A DNA stretch of 64,000 nt. Source: Azolla caroliniana (lineage: Eukaryota > Plantae > Polypodiophyta). The DNA is taken from NCBI GenBank assembly GCA_043228905.1, contig JBHGNT010000002.1, positions 9,672,001 to 9,736,000 of the forward strand, given 5' to 3'. A program made the translations under genes and the position numbers. Below the pieces are notes generated by a model. It was given only the letters and a program-made list of their open reading frames with translations. It did not search any database and was not told the DNA's origin. Shown in pieces: positions 13,201 to 24,300 of this stretch. The stretch's first letter is position 1, and every line of letters begins with the position of its first letter.

Positions 13201-14195
13201 GTACAAAGCCCGGTTAGTAGCGAAGGGATACGCGCAGACCCACGGAATCGACTACGATGAGACCTTCACTCCTGTGGCGAGGATGACGACGGTTCGTGTG
13301 GTATTGGCGGTTGCTGCGGCAAGGGGGTGGCATCTTCACCAGATGGATGTGAAGAACGCCTTCCTTCAAGGAGAGCTTGAAGAAGAAGTCTTTATGACTC
13401 AGCCCCCCGGATTTCACTCGAAGATGAACAAGTCGGCGGTATGCCGACTGAAGAAGTCGCTTTACGGCTTGAAGCAAGCCCCCCGAGCTTGGAACGCGAA
13501 GATCACGCACCGGTTGCGTAAGCTGGGGTTTGTTGTCTCTAAGTCGGACTCTTCGTTATTCATCCGGCAAGCCTGTAACGGTCCGGTATGTATACTCTTG
13601 TATGTGGATGATTTAGTCATCACCGGACCGGGTCTTCCCAAAATCAACCGCGTCAAGTCCCAGTTTTCAGACGCATTCGAAATGAAGGACCTGGGGGACC
13701 TTCATTATTTTCTTGGGATCGAAGTGATCCGGACCCCCGACGGCATATTGCTCTCACAACGACATTACATGTTGAATATGCTGTATAAGTTCGGCATGAC
13801 GGATTGCCGACCTGTCTCCACACCCCTGGACCGGAACCAGAAGCTCCGTCCCAACTCTGGACCGGCCTGCAATGAGAAACGGTTCCGACAGGTTGTCGGA
13901 AGCCTGATCTACTTAACCATCACCCGACCCGACATCAGCTATCCGGTCGGCATGGTAAGTCAGTTCATGCAGAAGCCGACCGTGAAGCACCTTCAGTGCG
14001 CGCAATGAATATTACGGTATGTCAGCGGCACTAAGGATCGAGGTCTGCTATACCGGCGACGTATACCCGAAGAGCTTGTCGGTTACACAGATGCTGACTG
14101 GGCCGGCGATGCGTCTGATCGCAGCTCCACTTCCGGATATATGTTCTCCATAGGTAGCGCGGCTGTTGCGTGGAGCAGCAAGAAGCAGCCCACAG
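10254..14195 (+). pseudogene. Copia B gag-PR-INT-RT (stops at 12441 and 14006, frameshift near 12995)
   Basis: [60 protein letters not shown] and LYVDDL. Confidence 0.95.
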
Positions 14196-14888
14196 TGTTG
14201 GGATTTTCGGTCCCTCCGGATGAGATGTCCGGAGATGAATGACGACAGGCCTGGTTGCGGTTACGGAACCGGAGGATGAAGAGTACCCGGTTACGGAGCC
14301 GGATGATGACGACCCCGGCTACAGAGCCGGATGACGAAGACTCGGTTACGGAGCCGGATGATGAAGACCCCGGCTACGGAGCCGGATGACGAAGACTCGG
14401 CTACGGAGCCGGATGATGAAGACCCCGGTTACGGAGCCGGATGACGAAGTACCCGGAGAGAGATCCGGATGCGGAGACTATATTTGTAAATAGCCCGAAA
14501 GTCATATGTGTATAAATATGACTTAGGACAAACAGTTTAGTAGGTTGTTGCTCATTTTTTCTGTTTTCCACTTAGAGGGAGCGAAGTGAAGAGAGCAGCC
14601 GAGAGAGAGAGAGAGAGAGAGAAAGGAAGAGGTCGGCGCCTCTGTGTATTACCGCCGCCTGTGGCGAAGACAGTGAGCTCAAGGTTGTTGCCTTGTGGCT
14701 TCACCATTGTACATCTCTGTTCATAGTGATAGTTGGAGTTTGAGGACTCCCGTGGTTTTTCCCATTTAGGGTTTTCCACGTAAAACATCCTGTGTACTCT
14801 TCTCTCTACTGAACGGTGCATTTTGTATTTCCCGTTTTCTGTGAGTTGGTCCTATCCCTCGGTTGTGGCCGAGCACTGTTGTTTAACA
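14196..14888 (+). repeat. 5' LTR of Copia C (7 internal 27/28-bp repeats)
   Basis: TGTTG...TAACA with the unit GGYTACGGAGCCGGATGAYGAAGAC(C)C. Confidence 0.95.
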
Positions 14889-14919
14889 AAGTGGTATCAG
14901 AGCACGGTTAACACAGAAA

Positions 14920-15924
14920 ATGGAAGGCGGCGGTAGTGGGCCTCCGGGCATGATGGTGTTGAACTCACAGAACTACGCCGACTGGAAGATAAAGATGGAA
15001 GACCTTCTCATCGTCCGAGACCTGTACGAACCGATCGACAATGCCGAGATACCCAAGGGGGTAATAGAGTCGGAGTGGAAGCTCCTGAACCGGAAAGCCG
15101 TAGCGACGATCCGACAATATGTAGATGTAAGTGTCCTGCAACATGTGGCGAACGACACCAACGCATATGAGATGTGGAAGAAGCTGTCGGGCCTCTACGA
15201 GAGGAAGAATGCGTTGAACCGGACCTCCCTGATGAGGAAGATAGTGAACCTCAAGTACCGGGACGGCGTGAATATGGTGGAACACGTAAGCACGTTCATG
15301 GGATTCGTGAACCAGCTTGCGGCGATCAAGTTCCCGTTGGAGGATGCAATGCAAGCCATCATCCTGATGTGTACATTGCCGGAAAGTTGGGAGAACTTGG
15401 TGGTGACTCTCAGCACCTCCTGCACGGAAGATAACTTGTCCCTACAAACGGTAAAGACAAGTATTTTGAACGAAGAAGCGCGTCGGAGAGATAAAGAACC
15501 GGCCTCCGACTCGAAGGCGCTGCTTACCGAATCAGAACGGGGAAGACAATGGAACCGGAGTCCGCAAAGACGGGAGAAGTCGGGGACCCGGTCGCAGTCA
15601 AGAGGAAGACCCACATGCTTCCACTGTGGGAAGCCGGGGCACTTCCGGAAGAATTGTCGGCATTACCAAAAGGACAACGGAGCCGACGACACCGATTCGA
15701 AGAAGTCACCGGAGAGAAACGGTGCATACCGGGGAGCCACGGACCGGAGAGGTCCGGATCGGCGAGGGCAGGACCGGAAAGGAACGACGGCACTCGCGGC
15801 AAGTGAAGAAGAGATAATGCTCATTACCGAAGAGAGGGAGCTGAACCTTGCCGGTGAAGAGATGACCTGGGTGGTCGATTCCGGAGCGTCGTTCCACCTG
15901 ACCCCGGAGAAGAAATACTTCTAA
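14920..15924 (+). CDS. Copia C gag plus start of protease (ends at a single premature TAA)
   Basis: NYADWKIKMEDLL, CFHCGKPGHFRKNC and WVVDSGASFH. Same frame as 15958-18993. Confidence 0.9.
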   Translation: MEGGGSGPPGMMVLNSQNYADWKIKMEDLLIVRDLYEPIDNAEIPKGVIESEWKLLNRKAVATIRQYVDVSVLQHVANDTNAYEMWKKLSGLYERKNALNRTSLMRKIVNLKYRDGVNMVEHVSTFMGFVNQLAAIKFPLEDAMQAIILMCTLPESWENLVVTLSTSCTEDNLSLQTVKTSILNEEARRRDKEPASDSKALLTESERGRQWNRSPQRREKSGTRSQSRGRPTCFHCGKPGHFRKNCRHYQKDNGADDTDSKKSPERNGAYRGATDRRGPDRRGQDRKGTTALAASEEEIMLITEERELNLAGEEMTWVVDSGASFHLTPEKKYF

Positions 15925-15957
15925 TCCTACATAGCCGGTGAGCACGGCTGTGTCCGG

Positions 15958-18900
15958 ATGGGAAATGAAGGTACATGCCGGATTGCCGGCATAGGAGACG
16001 TGTGGCTGATGACATCAACCGGATGCAAGATGCTGCTGAAGGATGTTCGACACGTTCCGGAGGTTCGATTGAACCTGATTTCGGCCGGGAGGCTAGACGA
16101 TGAAGGCTACACGGGTAGCATCCGGAACGGTGTCATGAAGTTCAGCAAGGGGAGCCTGATAGTGGCTCGGGTCCGGAAGGTCAACACACTGTACCTGATG
16201 AATTCCTGGCTATGTCCGGAGGAGTTGAATGTGGCAGCCGACACTGCCGGTGAGCTGTGGCACAAGAGACTGTGCCACATGAGTGAGAAGGGGATGAAGA
16301 GGCTTGCAGAAGACAACCTTATTCCAGTGAAGCATGTGCACCTGGAGAAGTGCACCGACTGTCTGGCCGGTAAGCAAAACCGGACCTCCTTCCACTCAAG
16401 GCCACCGACGAGACGTAGCGCACCATTGGAGCTGGTGCACACTGACGTGTGTCAAGTAGAAACGAAGTCACATGGCGGAGCCCAGTACTTCGTGACATTC
16501 ATAGATGACCATAGCCGGAAGCTGTGGACGGCACCGTTGAAGACAAAGGACCAAGTATTGTCCGTCTTCAAAGAACTCCACGCGAGAGTGGAAAGGGAAT
16601 CCGGCAAGGAGCTGAAAGCGATACGAGCGGATAACGGAGGAGAATACCGGGGGCAGTTCACGGAGTACTGTCGCTCGAAGGGAATCCGGCTCGAGTTTAC
16701 TGTGCCGAAGACGCCGGAACTGAACGGGCTGGCCGAGAGGATGAACCGGACCATAATGGAGAGGGTCCGGAGTATGCTGGCGCATGCGAAATTACCCAAG
16801 GGGTTTTGGGCTGAGGCAATGTCGACGGCGACATACGTGATAAACAGATCACCCTCAGTACCTTTGGACGGAGACACGCCGCAGAGAGTGTGGACCGGTA
16901 GGGAAGTATCCTACCGGCATCTGAAGGTGTTCGGGTGTCTCGCATACGTGCATGTGGCAAAGGACCGGAGAGGAAAGTTAGATCCAAAGACCCGACCATG
17001 CATATTCCTCGGTTACGGCGACGACGAGTTCGGCTACCGAGTATGGGACCCGGTCGACAAGAAGATATTCAGGAGTCGAGATATCATCTTCATGGAGGAC
17101 AAGACACTCGCCGACTGGGAGTCGGAGAAGAAGATGAAGAGCTCCAAGTCGACCGGTGAGAATCAACTCTACGAGGAGCAGTCCCGACCGGAAAGGGACC
17201 GGTTAGCACTCGAGGATCCGGCCGAAGACGGTGAAGAAACAGAACTGGCCGAGGAAGATGAAACTGATACCGGAACCGGCCCCGATCCCGAAATGGATTC
17301 GGATGAAGAGGAAACGGAGGAGCCGGTTACCGAAGCTCCGGAACGGAGATATCCTCTAAGAGAGAGAAGGGCCCCCCGGAGATTTCCGGAACCAGAGCAC
17401 GTGCTGCTAACCGACGAGGGGGAGCCGGAGAGCTTTGAAGAAGCGAAGCACGACACTCATAGCCGCAGGTGGTTAAGTGCCATGCAGGAGGAGATGGATT
17501 CCCTGCATGAGAACCACACATATGAACTTGTGGAGTTGCCGAAAGGAAAGCGGGCACTTCGAAACAAGTGGGTGTTCAAGCTGAAACCGGGAGATGCCGG
17601 AAACCCCCCGAGATACAAAGCCAGGATCGTGGTGAAGGGGTTCCAGCAGAAGAAGGGCGTCGACTTCGACGAGATATTTGCCCCGGTAGTGAAGATGACC
17701 TCCATCCAGACGGTGCTGAGCATAGCGGCAAGCATGGACCTCGAGGTAGAACAGATGGACGTGAAGACGACATTCCTTCACGGTGACCTCGAAGAAGAGA
17801 TCTACATGCAGCAACCGGAAGGATTCGAGAAGAAAGGGAAGGAGCACCTGGTATGCCGGTTGAAGAAGAGCCTTTACGGTCTGAAGCAGGCTCCCCGGCA
17901 ATGGTACCGGAAGTTCGACTCCTTCATGACAGACGAAGGGTACCACAAAACGCAGTCCGATCACTGCGTGTTTGTGAAGAAGTTCGAAGGAGGAGACTTT
18001 CTAATACTCCTCCTGTACGTGGACGACATGTTGATCGTCGGACGAGACCAGGTCAAGATACGGATGCTGAAGAAGGCTCTTCACCGAACCTTCTCAATGA
18101 AGGACCTGGGTCCGGCGAGGCAAATACTAGGGATGCACATCATCCGGGACCGGAAGAAGAAGAAGTTGTGGCTGTCACAGGAGAAGTACGTGACAAAGGT
18201 GCTTCACCGGTTCAACATGTCGGAAGCAAGACCGGTCGGGTCAACACTCCCGGCAAACTGCAAGCTGTCCAGCAAGCAAAGCCCCAAGACAAAGGCTGAG
18301 AAGGAGGGCATGTTGAAAGTACCATATGCCTCTGCCATCGGGAGCTTGATGTACGCAATGGTGTGTACAAGACCGGACATAGGATATGCAGTTGGAGTGG
18401 TGAGCCGGTATATGAGTAATCCCGGCAAGGAGCACTGGAACGCGGTCAAATGGATACTCCGATACTTAAAGGGCACTTCGAACATGTGCCTCCGATTCGG
18501 CTCCGGTAAACCCGAACTCGATGGATTTACCGATTCGGATATGTCGGCTAATGCGGATACCAGCCGGTCTACATCTGGGTATGTAATGACATATGCAGGG
18601 GGAGCCGTTTCGTGGCAGTCGAGGTTGCAGAAGACGGTTGCGTTGTCAACCACGGAGGCGGAGTACATGGCGGCTGTTGAAGCCGGCAAGGAAATAATAT
18701 GGATGAAGGACTTCATTAGAGAGCTCGGTATCCGGCAGGAGGAGTACCGACTCTACTGCGACAGTCAGAGTGCCATCCACCTTGCGAAGAATGCGGCCTA
18801 TCACTCCCGGACGAAGCACATCCAGCGTAGATACCACTGGATCCGGGAAAGGATAGAAGACAAGGAGTTCGTGCTGACGAAGATCCACACGGACGAGAAC

Positions 18901-18993
18901 GGGTCGGATATGCTGACCAAGGTACTTACACCCGACAAGCTGGAAGCATGCCGGAAGAGGATCGGATTGGAGAGACATCCCATGCCGAAGTGA
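15958..18993 (+). CDS. Copia C pol (PR-INT-RT-RNase H), 1011 aa uninterrupted
   Basis: LWHKRLCH..CTDC, HTDVC, RADNGGE, NGLAERMNRT, QMDVKTTFLHG, LLYVDDML and RTKHIQRRYHW. Confidence 0.95.
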   Translation: MGNEGTCRIAGIGDVWLMTSTGCKMLLKDVRHVPEVRLNLISAGRLDDEGYTGSIRNGVMKFSKGSLIVARVRKVNTLYLMNSWLCPEELNVAADTAGELWHKRLCHMSEKGMKRLAEDNLIPVKHVHLEKCTDCLAGKQNRTSFHSRPPTRRSAPLELVHTDVCQVETKSHGGAQYFVTFIDDHSRKLWTAPLKTKDQVLSVFKELHARVERESGKELKAIRADNGGEYRGQFTEYCRSKGIRLEFTVPKTPELNGLAERMNRTIMERVRSMLAHAKLPKGFWAEAMSTATYVINRSPSVPLDGDTPQRVWTGREVSYRHLKVFGCLAYVHVAKDRRGKLDPKTRPCIFLGYGDDEFGYRVWDPVDKKIFRSRDIIFMEDKTLADWESEKKMKSSKSTGENQLYEEQSRPERDRLALEDPAEDGEETELAEEDETDTGTGPDPEMDSDEEETEEPVTEAPERRYPLRERRAPRRFPEPEHVLLTDEGEPESFEEAKHDTHSRRWLSAMQEEMDSLHENHTYELVELPKGKRALRNKWVFKLKPGDAGNPPRYKARIVVKGFQQKKGVDFDEIFAPVVKMTSIQTVLSIAASMDLEVEQMDVKTTFLHGDLEEEIYMQQPEGFEKKGKEHLVCRLKKSLYGLKQAPRQWYRKFDSFMTDEGYHKTQSDHCVFVKKFEGGDFLILLLYVDDMLIVGRDQVKIRMLKKALHRTFSMKDLGPARQILGMHIIRDRKKKKLWLSQEKYVTKVLHRFNMSEARPVGSTLPANCKLSSKQSPKTKAEKEGMLKVPYASAIGSLMYAMVCTRPDIGYAVGVVSRYMSNPGKEHWNAVKWILRYLKGTSNMCLRFGSGKPELDGFTDSDMSANADTSRSTSGYVMTYAGGAVSWQSRLQKTVALSTTEAEYMAAVEAGKEIIWMKDFIRELGIRQEEYRLYCDSQSAIHLAKNAAYHSRTKHIQRRYHWIRERIEDKEFVLTKIHTDENGSDMLTKVLTPDKLEACRKRIGLERHPMPK

Positions 18994-19003
18994 AGGGGGA
19001 GTT

Positions 19004-19834
19004 TGTTGGGATTTTCGGTCCCTCCGGATGAGATGTCCGGAGATGAATGACGGCAGGCCTGGTTGCGGTTACGGAACCGGAGGATGAAGAGTACCCGGTT
19101 ACGGAGCCGGATGATGAAGACCCCGGCTACGGAGCCGGATGACGAAGACTTGGCTACGGAGCCGGATGATGAAGACCCCGGTTACGGAGCCGGATGATGA
19201 AGACCCCGGCTACGGAGCCGGATGACGAAGACCCGGTTACGGAGCCGGATGATGAAGACCCCGGCTACGGAGCTGGATGACGAAGACCCGGTTACGGAGC
19301 CGGATGATGAAGACCCCGGCTACGGAGCCGGATGACGAAGACTCTGCTACGGAGCCGGATGATGAAGACCCCGGTTACGGAGCCGGATGACGAAGTACCC
19401 GGAGAGAGATCCGGATGCGGAGACTATATTTGTAAATAGCCCGAAAGTCATATGTGTATAAATATGACTTAGGACAAACAGTTTAGTAGGTTGTTGCTCA
19501 TTTTTTCTGTTTTCCACTTAGAGGGAGCGAAGTGAAGAGAGCAGCCGAGAGAGAGAGAGAGAGAGAGAAAGGAAGAGGTCGACGCCTCTGTGTATTACCG
19601 CCGCCTGTGGCGAAGACAGTGAGCTCAAGGTTGTTGCCTTGTGGCTTCACCATTGTACATCTCTGTTCATAGTGATAGTTGGAGTTTGAGGACTCCCGTG
19701 GTTTTTCCCATTTAGGGTTTTCCACGTAAAACATCCTGTGTACTCTTCTCTCTACTGAACGGTGCATTTTGTATTTCCCGTTTTCTGTGAGTTGGTCCTA
19801 TCCCTCGGTTGTGGCCGAGCACTGTTGTTTAACA
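19004..19834 (+). repeat. 3' LTR of Copia C (12 internal 27/28-bp repeats)
   Basis: Nearly identical to the 5' LTR outside the array and 138 bp longer. Confidence 0.95.
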
Positions 19835-20789
19835 CACAGTGGCTTTGTCAAGCATTGAGGCTGAGTACCGGGCCGCTACCGTTGCCACTTGTGAAGCCAT
19901 CTAGCTTCGGCGACTGCTACGAGACTTGTGGATCGAGGTGCAGACCCCGATCCCGATTTACTGTAATAACATGAGCAGCCTGCAGCTCGCCAGGAACCCT
20001 GTGTTCCATGCTCGCACAAAGCACATCGAGGTGCACTACCACTTCGTGCGTGAGCGGGTCTTGAGCGGTGAAGTTAACCTACGGTATGTTCATACGGATC
20101 GGCAAGTTGCCGACATCTTCACCAAGCCGCTCGGATCGGACAAGTTGCAGCACTTTACCGACATGCTTGGTATTCAGCATCTCGACGTGCCGCACTTGAG
20201 GGGGAGAAGCAAGGGCAAAGTCTCTACCGAAACTGGCAAAGACAAAAAACCTGTTGAACCCGTTGGTAAGAGGAGAGCCAGAAGAAGAGGAGACAAGAAG
20301 ATGAAGGAAGCCGAGTCGACGAAGGAAGTCGACACATCCGAACAGGTCGGAGCAAGCGGCTGTGAAGAAGAGTTGTGCACTCAGGAAGAGAAGTGCATGC
20401 TGTGCGGAGGTCATCACGACGGTACTGACCATGATGCGGAGTCGAATGAAGAATTCGATTTCGGTACACCGGCTGAAGAAGCCGAGGGAAGCATGGAGAA
20501 GGCCAAGACTCGGAAGTGGTCCGATGTGGTGAGAGGCCTGAAGCCGGAAGTCGAATCGGAGTGTACCGATTCGGACAAGAGCTGGAACGAGTCGGAGACA
20601 GCTGACTCGGATCAACAGATGGACCCGGATGAGTCAGATCGACTGAAGGCCAAGGGGACACGGACACAGCGGAAGTCGATGCCATCGTGGGAAAACCAAC
20701 GGATCGGCAAGCGCCGGAGTCACAACAATGTGAGTGCTGAGATGGGCCTATTGAGCAGACATGCCGACCGAGAGGGTCGAGGCGTGTAG
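19835..20789 (+). pseudogene. Copia B RNase H plus ~200-aa charged C-terminal extension
   Basis: PTVALSSIEAEY resumes after the C insertion. ORF 19926-20789 contains HARTKHIEVHYHF and ADIFTKPL, then continues past LRG. Confidence 0.9.
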
Positions 20790-20933
20790 AACCAAGAGGG
20801 TCGCGGCAAATGGGACCGGACCGGACGAGGAGCGCGAGCAAGGCGGAGTGACCCCAGGAGAAATCGGTTGAAAGAACCGACTGGCACAGAGGTCGACGCT
20901 ACGACCCCACCTCAGGTTGAGCTTGAGGGGGAG

Positions 20934-21273
20934 TGTTGAGCGGCAAGCTCAACCGAAGCCGGATCGGCTGAATAAGCCGGAGCCGGTAAGCGAGACGGAT
21001 CGGGCGAAACAGATTAGTATGACGGTGAGCAACCGAACCGGCAAGCAATGGAGGCCGGGTGCAATCCGTAACCGGCAGTCCAATCGGAAGCCTAGAATAG
21101 GATAGACTACTAGGTATCTATAGTCTCGTAGTAAGTGTCAGATGCTTGTGTGAGCATTGAAGTACATGGTACTTCTGTCAGTCCCAAGAGGACTTGTATA
21201 AATAGTGCTACTTAGCACAGTGTGTAATGAAAAAGTCTTAATATAATTTTGAAATTGTGTTCTGCTCTCTCTA

Positions 21274-21324
<51 letters not shown>

Positions 21325-21364
21325 TGTTCTCTGTTTTACGCTTCCGCGAACACTTACGTTTACA
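20934..21364 (+). repeat. 3' LTR of Copia B
   Basis: Matches 9745-10159 with roughly a dozen substitutions (by eye) and a longer (CT)n. Confidence 0.95.
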
Positions 21365-21369
21365 AAAAT

Positions 21370-24300
21370 CTACACTTACCTGTCTTTGCAGATGCTAAAC
21401 CAGAGAGCAAAACTGGTGAGGAATGGCTTTTCGAGAACCAATAGGTATGTGGTTTTATTCGATAATGGGTGGGAGACAATGTTTTAAACCATATTGTGAA
21501 TGAAACTAATGCTAAAGCTCTATGGAATAAACTCGAAATGTTGTATGCATCAAAGACAAGTAACAATAAGTTATTCTTGCTTAAACAAGCAATGCATTTA
21601 GTGTATAAAGAAGGTAGTTCCATTTTAGATCATCTAAATGAATTTCAAGGATGTTTTGACCAACTTTTTGGTATGGGAGTGGAATTTGATGATGAGATTA
21701 ATGCATTATGGTTGTTAAACACTCTCCCTAATTCATGGGAAACTTTTAGGGTATCTCTAACTAATGCAGCCCCAAATGGAATTGTAACTACGGAATATGT
21801 CAAGAGCGGTGTTCTAAACGAGGAGATGAAACGAAGGACACAAGGGACATCGTCACATTCGGAGGTCTTCATGGTTGAGAGAGGGAGCAGTAAGCATACA
21901 AGCCAAGGTCAAAACAACCGAGGGAGGAGTAGAAGTAAATCAAAACCAAGGTATAAAAATCTAGAATGTCATTTTTGTGGTAAAACAGGACACATAAAGA
22001 GGTATTGTTACAAGTGGAAAAAGGAGAACCACACATCTAGCGGTAATCATGAAAAAAAAGGTAACGATGACAATTCTAATTGTGTTAATACAACTTCATT
22101 AGATGATTTACTTGTTGTTTATGATGAAAACATGATTAATCTTGCTCACAATGAAACTAATTGGGTTGTTGATAGTGGAGCATCGTTCCATGTCACATCT
22201 AGAAGGGAGTTTTTTACTTCTTATAATTCAGGGGATTTTGGAGTTGTGAAGATGGGCAATGATGGTCTTTCACAAGTGGTAGGCATCAGGACTATTTGTT
22301 TGGAAACCAACACGGGTTCAAAGTTGATTCTCAAAGAGGTAAGACATGTACTCAACATTCGCTTACATCTTATCTCAATCGGTAGATTAGATGATGATGG
22401 CTATTGCAACATCTTCAATGAGGGACAATGGAAACTCACTAAAGGCTCAGTCGTTGTAGCTCGTGGTAAGAAATGATCTAGTTTGTATTTATTACAAGCA
22501 TCTATTTCTACTAATCTTGTGAATGCAGCTGAAAGCAACAATATGTCAGAGCTATGGCATAAAAGGTTACCTCATATTAGTGAGAAGGGGCTTGATTGTC
22601 TAGCAAAGAAAAACTTGCTTTTGGGTCTAAAAGATGCCAAGTTAGACATGTGCAATCATTGTGTGGTAGGAAAGCAAAGAAGAGTCGCATTCAAACAACA
22701 TTCTTCTTCATGAAAGGAAGAGGTACTTGAGTTGGTACATTCAGATGTGTGTGGTCCTTTAAAGGTAAAATCAATAGGTGGTGCACTCTACTTTGTTACT
22801 TTTATTGATGACTATTCTAGGAAACTTTGGATTCGAACACTGAAAACTAAGGACCAAGTATTTAATGTGTTCAAAGAATTTCATGCTTCTGTAGAAAGAG
22901 AGACAGGAAAAAAGCTGAAATGCATTCACACCGACAATGGTAGGGAATACCTTGGAGCTTTTGCTGCATACTGTCGAGAACATGGGAGTAAGCATCAAAG
23001 GACACCACCAAAAACCCCACAACTAACCAGCTTGGCGGAAAGGATGAATAGGACTGTAGTTGAATGAGTTCAATGTTTGCTCTCGGATGCGAAGTTATCC
23101 AAATCATTTTGGGGTGAGGCTTTGAGTACCGTTGCATATGTTATTAACCTATCTCCTACTATTGCATTGCAAGGCGACGTTCCTAATAGAGTTTGGTATG
23201 GTAAGAATGTTTCATATGATCATTTACGTGTGTTTGGGTGTAAGTGCTTTGTACATGTACCTAAAGATGAACGGTCTAAATTAGATGTTAAATCTAAAGA
23301 ATGTATCTTTATTGGTTATGGCCAAGATGAGTTTGGTTATAGATGTTATGACCCAAAAGAAAGGAGGCTCATTCGAAGTCGTGATGTGGTATTCGTTGAG
23401 GATCAAACTATTGAAGATATTGAGAAGGTCAAAGAATCTAACACTCAAGAAGATGGTGGGCTTATTGATTTTGACCCGATTCCTATGACTGAAGATGCTA
23501 CATATGGAGATGCTTTCCAACAAGACGAAAATCATGAGGATGTTGATGAACCAGGTATTATAAATAATAGGGCTGAAGCTAATCATGATGATATTTTACC
23601 TCAAACAGGTTTTGAGCGGGGGGAGAAAACTTCCTTACAAGAGGTGGTCAATGAACAACCTAGAAGGTGTACTAGAGAACGAAAACCATCTGTAAGGTAT
23701 CCTAGTTCAGATTATGTTTTAATCTCTGATGAAGGGGAGCTTGAAAGTTATTATGATGTTTTAAATCATAAAGATAAGGATGATTGGATAAAAGCCATGC
23801 ACGAAGAAATGAACTCATTAAAGAAAAATAATACCTTTGATTTAGTAGAACTTCCTAAGGGAAGAAAAGTTTTGAAAAATAAATGGGTGTTTAAGTTAAA
23901 ATAGAGTGATGGTAACCTTGTAAAACATAAGGCTCGTTTAGTTGTAAAAGGTTTCAGCCAAAAGAAAGGTATTGATTTCGATGAAATTTTCTCACCAGTT
24001 GTGAAAATGAGTTCTATTCAAGTTGTTTTAGGTTTGGCAGCCACTTTAAATCTTGAGATTGAGCAGCTCGATGTAAAGACAACTTTCTTGCATGGAGACT
24101 TGAAGGAAGAGATCTACATGGAACAATCAGAGGGTTTTGAAGAGAAAGGAAAGGAGCATATGGTATGCAAGCTGAGGAAAAGTCATTACGACCTAAAACA
24201 AGCACCGAGACAATGGTATAGAAGGTTCGATTCATTTATGGCAAGTCAAGACTACACCAAGACTAATGGAGATCATTGTGTGTATGTTAAGCATTTTTCT

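Larger units (their letters stand above)
14196..19834 (+). mobile_element. Copia LTR retrotransposon C (Tnt1/Tork-like), young and nearly intact, inserted in the RNase H of B (TSD CACAG)
   Basis: LTRs at 14196-14888 and 19004-19834. TSD CACAG at 14191-14195 and 19835-19839, PBS TGGTATCAGAGC at 14892, PPT GAAGGGGGAG at ~18992-19001. Confidence 0.98.
9745..21364 (+). mobile_element. Copia LTR retrotransposon B, inserted in the gag of A (TSD AAAAT)
   Basis: LTRs at 9745-10159 and 20934-21364 (TG..CA). TSD AAAAT at 9740-9744 and 21365-21369, PBS TGGTATCAGAGC at 10160, PPT at 20922-20933. Confidence 0.96.

Noticed and set aside
14255-14450. 27/28-bp repeats as a CRISPR array or a peptide-repeat ORF
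   Set aside because: There are no unique spacers, the unit lengths break frame, and the repeats lie inside an LTR.
15922-15924. Programmed stop read-through between gag and pol in Copia C
   Set aside because: The stop lies inside the protease, after the DSGAS motif, and is better explained as a point mutation.
10649-18983. Many overlapping antisense and alternative-frame ORFs
   Set aside because: These are expected shadows of GC-rich gag-pol coding sequence with no independent motifs.
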